Origin: Vulcanimicrobiota bacterium
Lineage (GTDB): Bacteria > Vulcanimicrobiota > Vulcanimicrobiia > Vulcanimicrobiales > Vulcanimicrobiaceae
DNA length: 13,756 nucleotides
Assembly (NCBI GenBank): GCA_003133025.1
Contig: PKZK01000179.1
Span: 1-13,756, forward strand
Reading direction: 5' to 3'
Shown: one piece after another, positions 7,234 to 13,756 of the stretch
How positions within the stretch are numbered: position 1 is the first letter of the stretch
How the letters are laid out: each line of letters opens with the position of its first letter
Program-made: the position numbers and the translations under genes
Notes under the pieces: model-generated
What the model was told of the DNA's origin: nothing
What the model saw: only the letters and a program-made list of their open reading frames with translations
Databases searched by the model: none

Positions 7234-7287
7234 CTAGCGCTCCAGTGCCCAGGCACGGAGGGTACACCATTGTTGGAGGCTTTGCGC

Positions 7288-8262
7288 ATGCACCGCTCCT
7301 TGTTTTCCCGTGTTGCGGCACTCGGGTTTGCTGCCGCGGGGTTCGCCATAGCCGCGTCGCCGGCGCTGGCCGACGATTTCCTACAGCGAATCACGCTCGA
7401 TATCGCGCCGAACTACCAGGCTGCCGTCACCGGCGACGCCGCAGCTGCGAATCCCAAGGGATTCACGAATCTCGGCTATACGAACGACCATCAGGTCCCG
7501 GCGACGACTCAGCTCGACTACGGCTTGAATTTCCGCATCGACCGCCGCACGAATCTGTACTATTCGCACTCGAACCTCGACTTCGCCATCGGCCGCGTCC
7601 TGACGCTAGGCCCGAATACGGCGCTCGTCTCGGGCTTGATCGCGGACCGTACCGATACGGTCGGTTTCAGCCACGATTTCGCCGGCGGCCTCATCGGCCG
7701 CGCCTACTACTACAATCACGCCCGTATGGACGTCAGCGGTCTGTGCCTCAATCAGCAGGACTGCCCCAACCCGACGACCGGGCAGCAGACCGGTAACCCG
7801 TCATCGATCGCCGAGCACGGCTACGGCGTCGGCGCGACCTACAACTTCGGTCCGAAGACGCGCATCGGTCAGTTGCTCAGCGTGGGCCTCGATGCGAAGT
7901 ACGTCCCGCGCTCGAGCACGCCCCCGACGACCGCTCCGAATCTGGGCGGTCTCGGCAAATACGTCGGCAGCCAGTGGCTCGTGCCGTACTCGATCACCGC
8001 GAAGATCCCGGTTCTGCCCGTCAGCACGACGATTCCCTACATCGGATACGAGCGCGCCTCGGTGCTCTTCCGCGATGAGGCGACGCCGGAAGTCTACAAC
8101 GTGTCCGTTCTGGGCATCACCCAGGTCATCACCAAGCAGGTCTCGATCGGCATCCAGAGCCTGAACTTCTCGGGTTGCCGCTGCTCGGACACCGTTCCGC
8201 CTCCGGACAACATCCGATTCGCCCAGGTGCTGCTGCGTCTGGACTACAGGATCACGCCGTAA
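7288..8262 (+). CDS. Exported hypothetical protein, probable outer-membrane beta-barrel, 324 aa
   Basis: GGAGG at 7275-7279 and ATG at 7288. Signal peptide ends ALA-DD. Alternating amphipathic strands: LDYGLNFRI, LYYSHS, VGFSHDF, YGVGATYNF, LSVGLDAKYV, IPYIGYERA, VSIGIQSLNF and terminal VLLRLDYRI. The fold is inferred. Confidence 0.75.
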   Translation: MHRSLFSRVAALGFAAAGFAIAASPALADDFLQRITLDIAPNYQAAVTGDAAAANPKGFTNLGYTNDHQVPATTQLDYGLNFRIDRRTNLYYSHSNLDFAIGRVLTLGPNTALVSGLIADRTDTVGFSHDFAGGLIGRAYYYNHARMDVSGLCLNQQDCPNPTTGQQTGNPSSIAEHGYGVGATYNFGPKTRIGQLLSVGLDAKYVPRSSTPPTTAPNLGGLGKYVGSQWLVPYSITAKIPVLPVSTTIPYIGYERASVLFRDEATPEVYNVSVLGITQVITKQVSIGIQSLNFSGCRCSDTVPPPDNIRFAQVLLRLDYRITP

Positions 8263-8311
8263 CCCTCGACCAACGAACACCCACCGCATAACCGAATAGA
8301 AGAAGGACAGC

Positions 8312-9502
8312 ATGCGAAAGCGTTCAGTGTCCGCGCGAGTTCTCGCGGCACCGCTTGCGGTCGCGCTCGCCACGGCCGGAGGCATCGTGCCTCCGGCCGT
8401 CGGCGCTGCCGACGCCAAAGCCCCGGTCAACGTCGGGCTGATCTACTCGAAGACCGGGCTGCTCGGCGGCTACGGCGCCGAATACGCCGACGGTTTTGCA
8501 GCGGGGCTCGACTACGCCACCCACGGCACGGGCATGGCCGGCGGCCACAAGATCGTCGTGACCGAACGCGACGACGCGGGCGACCCCACCAAAGCCGTCG
8601 CCGCCGCCAAAGACTTGATCGGCCAGGGCTACAAGATTCTGGCGGGCTCCACGTCGTCGGGCGTCGCCTTGCAGATGGGCCCGCTCGCCGCCGACAACCA
8701 GGTGCTGTTCATCTCCGGTCCGGCCGCGGTCGACGCGATCACCGGCCTCAACAAGTACACCTTCCGTTCGGGACGTCAGACCTATCAGGACGTCGCGACC
8801 TCGGAGGCCGTCGTGGGCAACGTGCGCGGGAAGAAGATCCTCGTGCTCGCTCAGGATTCGGCCTTCGGACAAGCCAACTTCAAGACGGTCGAAGCGATTC
8901 TCGGCGCGGAGCGCGGCGCGGAGGTTTCGAACCTCTACGTGCCTCTGTCGGCCAACGACTTCGCGCCGTTCGCGCAGAAGATCAAAGACGCGAAGCCCGA
9001 TCTGCTATACGTCGCCTGGGCCGGCGCCACGGGCGCCGCGCTCTTCAAAACGCTCGACGATCAAGGCGTCTTCAACGTGACCAAGGTCGTCACGGGACTC
9101 GCCGATCGCGCCTCGTATCCGGCCTTCCAGCCGGTCGAGTCGAAGCTGACGTTCATCTCGTATTACTTCTATCAGGCGCCCAAGACCAAGGCCAATCAGT
9201 TCTTGATCGACGCGCTGAAGAAGCAGGGCAAAGTGCCCGACCTGTTCGATCCCGACGGCTTCGTAGCCGCCCAGATGATCGTTCGCGCGATCGAGAAATC
9301 CGACGGCACCGACGTAAACAAGATGATCGAGAGCCTCGACGGCTGGAGCTTCGATGCGCCCAAGGGCCGCGAGACGATTCGCGCCGCCGATCACGCCGTG
9401 CTCCAACCCATGTACGTCGCGAAACTCAGCGGCGCCGAGCCGCAGTTGATCCGTCAACTCGACGAAGCGGCGGTCGCGCCGCCGGTTCGACCTTTCAAAT
9501 AA
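8312..9502 (+). CDS. ABC transporter substrate-binding protein, type 1 periplasmic fold (LivK/HAAT family), 396 aa
   Basis: AAGGA RBS. Signal peptide without a lipobox. Motifs VGLIYSKTG, RDDAGDP, LAGSTSSGVAL, YTFR and QDSAFG. Confidence 0.92.
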   Translation: MRKRSVSARVLAAPLAVALATAGGIVPPAVGAADAKAPVNVGLIYSKTGLLGGYGAEYADGFAAGLDYATHGTGMAGGHKIVVTERDDAGDPTKAVAAAKDLIGQGYKILAGSTSSGVALQMGPLAADNQVLFISGPAAVDAITGLNKYTFRSGRQTYQDVATSEAVVGNVRGKKILVLAQDSAFGQANFKTVEAILGAERGAEVSNLYVPLSANDFAPFAQKIKDAKPDLLYVAWAGATGAALFKTLDDQGVFNVTKVVTGLADRASYPAFQPVESKLTFISYYFYQAPKTKANQFLIDALKKQGKVPDLFDPDGFVAAQMIVRAIEKSDGTDVNKMIESLDGWSFDAPKGRETIRAADHAVLQPMYVAKLSGAEPQLIRQLDEAAVAPPVRPFK

Positions 9503-9510
9503 CCGGCTAA

Positions 9511-10275
9511 ATGGAGTCCGGGCGCCCGCCGGCGCTTGAGGTCGAAGGCTTAGGCTTACGCATCGGCGGCGTCACGATCGTCGAAGACGTCTCGCTGCAG
9601 GTTCGCCGGGGCGAGTTCCTCGTGATCATCGGGCCCAACGGCGCCGGCAAGACGACGCTCTTCAACCTGATCTCGGGCTTTACGCGGCCCACCGCGGGGC
9701 GCATCACCTTCGGCGCGCACGATGTGACGCACGCTGCGCCGTACGAACGCGCGCGCTTGGGCTTGGGCCGTACGTTTCAAACCTCCACCGTGTTCGCCGG
9801 GCTTTCGACGTTCGAAAACGTGCGCTTAGCCGCGAGCGCGGCGTTGGGCACGAGCACCCGCATGTGGGATCGTGCCGACGGCGAGGCCGCTCCGCTCGCT
9901 CGCGCGCGCGCGGCGCTCGAGGAGGTCGGCCTCGGCGCGCGCGCCCAAACCATCGCCGCCCAACTCTCGCACGGTGAAAAGCGTAAGCTGGATCTGGCGA
10001 TCCTGCTTTGCTCGGAGCCGTCGGTCGTGCTCTTGGACGAGCCGACGGCCGGCATGGCCGTTGAAGAGGTCGGCGATATGGTCGACCTAATCCGGCGCAT
10101 CCATCGCGAACAGGCCAAGACCGTCATGATGGTCGAGCATCGCATGGATCTGGTGCTCAGCCTGGCCGATCGCATGGCCGTCATGCATCACGGCCGGCTG
10201 CTCGCGCTCGATACGCCCGAGCGCATCATCGCCAACGAAACCGTGCAGTCCGCGTATCTCGGCGATCCGCTATGA
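9511..10275 (+). CDS. livG: HAAT ABC transporter ATPase (LivG-like)
   Basis: Walker A GPNGAGKTT, RTFQ, signature LSHGE, Walker B VLLDEPTAG, H-loop VEHR, C-terminal AYLG. Confidence 0.93.
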   Translation: MESGRPPALEVEGLGLRIGGVTIVEDVSLQVRRGEFLVIIGPNGAGKTTLFNLISGFTRPTAGRITFGAHDVTHAAPYERARLGLGRTFQTSTVFAGLSTFENVRLAASAALGTSTRMWDRADGEAAPLARARAALEEVGLGARAQTIAAQLSHGEKRKLDLAILLCSEPSVVLLDEPTAGMAVEEVGDMVDLIRRIHREQAKTVMMVEHRMDLVLSLADRMAVMHHGRLLALDTPERIIANETVQSAYLGDPL

Positions 10276-10994
10276 ACGCAGGCGCCGAGGTCTTGCTTCG
10301 CGTCGAGAATCTGCGCGTCTCGATCGGCGAGTCGCAGATACTCGGCGGCGTGTCGTTCGGCGTGCGGCAGGGCGGCATCACGGGTTTGCTCGGCCGCAAC
10401 GGCGTGGGCAAGACCACGACCCTGCGCGGCATTTTGGGGCTCTTGCCCCGCACCGGAACGGTCACGCTCGCGGGCGAATCGCTCACCGCGTTGCCGGTGC
10501 ACGAGATCGTGCGGCGCGGCGTGGGTTACGTGCCCGAGGATCGCGACGTATTCGCGGGGTTGACGATCGAGGAAAACTTGCGCCTGACCGAACGCGCGGG
10601 CTCCGAGCATCGCTATCCGCTCGTCTACGAACTCTTCCCCGAGCTGCGCGATCGCGCCGCGCAACTCGCGGGCACGCTCTCCGGCGGACAACAGCAGATG
10701 CTCTCGCTCGCGCGCGCGCTGCTCAACGCATCGAACCGCATTTTGCTGATCGACGAACCGACCAAGGGACTCTCGCCCGTCGTCGTCAAGCGCGTCGCCG
10801 AGGCCTTGCAACGCGCCGCGGAGGTCACCACGATCCTTTTGGTCGAGCAGAACCTGGCCGTGGCGCGCCATCTCGTACGCGACGTCGTCGTGCTCGATCA
10901 GGGCCTGGTCACCTTTGCCGGAGACATCGCCGAACTCATCGACGATCCCGCGCTCGCGCGACGCCATCTCGGCCTGAGCGCGGCGGGGCACTGA
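10272..10994 (+). CDS. livF: HAAT ABC transporter ATPase (LivF-like)
   Basis: GRNGVGKTT, GYVPEDR, LSGGQQQM, LLIDEPTKG and VEQN. ATGA overlap with the preceding gene. Confidence 0.93.
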   Translation: MNAGAEVLLRVENLRVSIGESQILGGVSFGVRQGGITGLLGRNGVGKTTTLRGILGLLPRTGTVTLAGESLTALPVHEIVRRGVGYVPEDRDVFAGLTIEENLRLTERAGSEHRYPLVYELFPELRDRAAQLAGTLSGGQQQMLSLARALLNASNRILLIDEPTKGLSPVVVKRVAEALQRAAEVTTILLVEQNLAVARHLVRDVVVLDQGLVTFAGDIAELIDDPALARRHLGLSAAGH

Positions 10995-10998
10995 GACC

Positions 10999-11883
10999 AT
11001 GAGCACGATCGTTCTCTTGATCGTCACCGGGCTCGGCTTGGGCGCGCTCTATTTCCTCGTCGCGGCGGGCTTGTCGCTCATTTGGGGTTTGATGCGCGTG
11101 CTGAATTTTGCGCACGGCGCGTTTTTCACGGTGGCCGCCTACACGGGATTCTTCGCCGCCGCAGCGCTGGCCGGGACGTCGCCTTGGGTCGGCTGGTTTG
11201 CGAGCCTGGTCGCGGGCACGTTCGTCGGCGCCGTCTTCGCCACGTTGACGGAGATCGCGTTGATCCGGCCACTGTACCGCAGACCGGTGGGGCAAGTGCT
11301 CGTGACCGTCGGGCTTGCGCTCGCGACGCTCGCGCTCGTCGAGGGCGCTTTCGGCGCCGACCCGCGTCAGGTCACCGTGCCGCCCTGGATGGCCGCGACT
11401 ACGTCGATGCTCGGCGCGGCGATTCCCAATACGCGTTTCGTGGTCATCGTGCTCGCGGCGCTCGTGCTCTTCGGTTTGCTCTTTTTCTTACGTCGAACGC
11501 GCTACGGCTTGATCGTGCGTGCCGGCGTAGAGAATCGCGACATGGTTTCGGCGCTCGGCATCGACGTCCAGCGTGCGTTCACGCTGGTCTTCGCGATCGG
11601 CGGAGCCGCTGCGGGTCTCGCCGGCGTGTTGGCCGCGACCTACTACGGCACGATCGATCCGGGTCGGGGAACGGCGATGCTGATCTCCGCCTTCATCGTG
11701 GTGGTGATCGGCGGACTGGGCTCCATCGCGGGGTCCGCGCTGGCCGCGGTGCTGGTCGGGCTGCTGCAGCAATTCTTGAACTTCTACGCGGCCGCAGGCG
11801 TGGGCGACTTCGCGGTCGTGCTCTTGCTCGCGGTCGTGCTCTTGGTGCGGCCCGGCGGGTTGCTCGGCGGCAAGAGCGCGTGA
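10999..11883 (+). CDS. livH: HAAT ABC transporter permease (LivH-like)
   Basis: GLSLIWGLMRVLNFAHG, RTRYGLIVRA, AFIVVVIGGLGS, LLVRPGGLLG and multiple TM helices. Confidence 0.93.
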   Translation: MSTIVLLIVTGLGLGALYFLVAAGLSLIWGLMRVLNFAHGAFFTVAAYTGFFAAAALAGTSPWVGWFASLVAGTFVGAVFATLTEIALIRPLYRRPVGQVLVTVGLALATLALVEGAFGADPRQVTVPPWMAATTSMLGAAIPNTRFVVIVLAALVLFGLLFFLRRTRYGLIVRAGVENRDMVSALGIDVQRAFTLVFAIGGAAAGLAGVLAATYYGTIDPGRGTAMLISAFIVVVIGGLGSIAGSALAAVLVGLLQQFLNFYAAAGVGDFAVVLLLAVVLLVRPGGLLGGKSA

Positions 11884-12908
11884 GCAGAAACGTGCGCTTC
11901 GCGCTGCTCGCGGCATTAGCGTTGCTCGTGCTGCTTTTCCCCTTCATCCACGTGACGGTGCCGGGACTTTTCGAGGGGCCGCTCGACAGCGCCGGAACGC
12001 TCAATCTGCTCGGCCTCTGCTTCGTCTTCGGCGCGCTCGCGCTGACCTACGATATCGTTTTCGGCTACACGGGATTGCTCTCGTTCGGGCACGCGCTCTA
12101 CTTTGCCGTGGGCGTGTACGTGACCGCGATCGCGCTCGCGCGCTGGCATTGGTCGCTGCCCGCCGCACTGGTCTTGACGGCGGTCGTCGCCGTGCTGTTG
12201 CCGCTCGCGCTCGGCGCGATCTGTTTGCGCGTGCGCGACATTCCATTCGCCATGGTGACGCTCGCGTTTGCCGAAGCCGGCTCGATTCTGGTGTTGCAGA
12301 ATCCGTTCGGCTTGACCGGCGGCGAAGAGGGCTTGGCGCTGGGCGGGGGCGTGTTGCCCGCGGCGCTGGTGGGTGTGTCTAATACCGCGCACCTCTATTG
12401 GATCGCGGCCGGATTGCTTGCGGCCACATCGCTGATCGGCTGGTGGGCCGTGGGCTCGCCGCTGGGCCGCGTGTGGCAGGCGATCCGCGAAAACGAGCGG
12501 CGCGTGACCGCACTCGGGCTCAATCCCTATCTTTACAAGCTGGCGTCGTTCGTGCTCTCCGGCTTTCTGGCCGCGTGCGCGGGCGTGGCCTATCTGCTCT
12601 TGCAAGGCGGCGCGAATCCACAGGTGACGACCTCGAGCTTTACGTTGGTGCTGCTGGTGATGGTCGTCCTCGGCGGGGTCGGGACGCTGTGGGGCGCGGT
12701 GCTCGGCGGGATCGTCTACGAGTATCTCGATTTTCGGCTCGTCGAATTCTCCAACGTTCCCGCGCTGCAGGCCCTGCCGGGAGTGCTTCGCGTGCCGCTG
12801 TCGGAACCGCTGTTCATACTTGGTGTGCTCTTTATCGTGCTCGTCCTGTTTCTGCCTCAAGGGCTCGGCGGGCTCGTGCGCAGCGCCGGCGCGCGCTCGG
12901 AGCGGTAG
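11880..12908 (+). CDS. livM: HAAT ABC transporter permease (LivM-like), 342 aa
   Basis: GTG start at 11880 overlaps the livH stop (GTGA). Motifs GYTGLLSFGHA, FAMVTLAF, TGGEEG, AIRENE, MVVLGGVG and FLPQG. Confidence 0.92.
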   Translation: MSRNVRFALLAALALLVLLFPFIHVTVPGLFEGPLDSAGTLNLLGLCFVFGALALTYDIVFGYTGLLSFGHALYFAVGVYVTAIALARWHWSLPAALVLTAVVAVLLPLALGAICLRVRDIPFAMVTLAFAEAGSILVLQNPFGLTGGEEGLALGGGVLPAALVGVSNTAHLYWIAAGLLAATSLIGWWAVGSPLGRVWQAIRENERRVTALGLNPYLYKLASFVLSGFLAACAGVAYLLLQGGANPQVTTSSFTLVLLVMVVLGGVGTLWGAVLGGIVYEYLDFRLVEFSNVPALQALPGVLRVPLSEPLFILGVLFIVLVLFLPQGLGGLVRSAGARSER

Positions 12909-12959
12909 CCCGACGAGCGTCCGGCCTCGCGCGTCGCGCGATATGCTACTTTCGTATAC

Positions 12960-12988
12960 TTGGGCATGCTCGGGCCCGAACGTACGAT
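12960..12988 (+). promoter_or_regulatory. Putative sigma70 promoter for the aldehyde dehydrogenase
   Basis: TTGGGC (12960-12965), 17-nt spacer, TACGAT (12983-12988). Confidence 0.45.
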
Positions 12989-13052
12989 AGGTAGTGACGC
13001 AGACTGGGCGCATTGCCCGCAGCGTTTCGCTCCCTGAGAAAGACGAGGATTT

Positions 13053-13756
13053 ATGACCACAGCCGTGCTCGATACCCAGACGCTGTACGACCTGTCGAGT
13101 TTGGGGATCGAAAACCCGTACAAACGCCGCTACGATAATTTCATCGGCGGAAAGTTCGTACCACCCGCCAACGGCGAGTACTTCCTGAACATCTCGCCGG
13201 TCGTCGGCGAGCCCTTCACGGAAATCGCCCGTTCGACCAGCGAAGACGTCGAGCGCGCCCTCGATGCGGCGCATGCCGCCAAGGACGCCTGGGGCCGCAC
13301 CTCGGTCGCCGAGCGTTCGGCCATCCTCAACAAGATCGCCGATCGCATGGAAGCCAATCTGCCGCGCCTGGCGCTGGCCGAGACGCTCGACAACGGCAAA
13401 CCGATCCGCGAAACGACGTTGGCCGACATCCCGCTCGCGATCGATCACTTCCGCTATTTCGCCGGAGCGATCCGCGCGCAGGAAGGCGGCATCAGCCAGA
13501 TCGACAACGAGACGGTCGCCTATCACTTCCACGAGCCGCTCGGCGTCGTCGGCCAGATCATTCCGTGGAATTTCCCGATCCTGATGGCCGTGTGGAAGCT
13601 CGCGCCGGCGCTCGCCGCGGGAAATTGCGTCGTGCTCAAACCGGCCGAACAGACGCCGGCCTCGATCATGATCTTGATCGAACTGATCGCGGATCTCTTG
13701 CCGCCGGGCGTGCTCAACGTCGTCGAAGGCTTCGGCCTGGAAGCCGGCAAGCCGCT
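13053..13756 (+). CDS. aldB: NAD-dependent aldehyde dehydrogenase, AldB/AcoD/ExaC (acetaldehyde dehydrogenase) type, 3'-truncated by the window edge
   Basis: GAGGA RBS and ATG at 13053. Manual translation: MTTAVLD...YDNFIGG...[36 protein letters not shown]...[16 protein letters not shown]...[22 protein letters not shown]. Absent from the ORF track, presumably because it has no stop in the window. Confidence 0.93.
   Translation, partial: MTTAVLDTQTLYDLSSLGIENPYKRRYDNFIGGKFVPPANGEYFLNISPVVGEPFTEIARSTSEDVERALDAAHAAKDAWGRTSVAERSAILNKIADRMEANLPRLALAETLDNGKPIRETTLADIPLAIDHFRYFAGAIRAQEGGISQIDNETVAYHFHEPLGVVGQIIPWNFPILMAVWKLAPALAAGNCVVLKPAEQTPASIMILIELIADLLPPGVLNVVEGFGLEAGKP

Noticed and set aside
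10840..10855. LivF H-loop reads VEQN instead of His
   Set aside because: This is normal for LivF-type ATPases and not a sign of inactivation.
11082..11879. 608-aa ORF suggesting a fused permease
   Set aside because: Its first part is an off-frame overlap of livH. LivM begins at GTG 11880.
11916..13532. 538-aa minus-strand ORF
   Set aside because: Antisense to livM and aldB, with no recognisable motifs.
1..13756. Defence system, prophage or mobile element
   Set aside because: No integrase, transposase, nuclease, reverse transcriptase or phage gene could be recognised.

Overview
High-GC bacterial window with about 15 genes. I found no rRNA, tRNA, CRISPR array or transposase. The left half holds mostly exported repeat proteins: an NHL-type beta-propeller lipoprotein, a GINxxG/HAF-like repeat lipoprotein, a YXWGXW-repeat protein, a small secreted protein and a small 2-TM protein. 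It also has a coupled minus-strand pair (HLD-III/DmbC-like alpha/beta hydrolase plus a Zn-independent MDR reductase) and a Nudix hydrolase. The right half is a compact operon in which an unrecognised, probable outer-membrane beta-barrel precedes a complete Liv-type (HAAT) ABC importer, followed by an AldB/ExaC-type aldehyde dehydrogenase that runs off the edge. The most notable points are: (1) the orphan Cys-containing barrel heading the ABC operon; (2) an apparent in-frame deletion that removes the hydrolase catalytic His while keeping its ATGA coupling; (3) an orphan last blade of an NHL propeller hidden in the 1943-2032 intergenic space; and (4) recurrent ECF-like promoters. The style of the exported proteins suggests Eremiobacterota (WPS-2), which is inference only.
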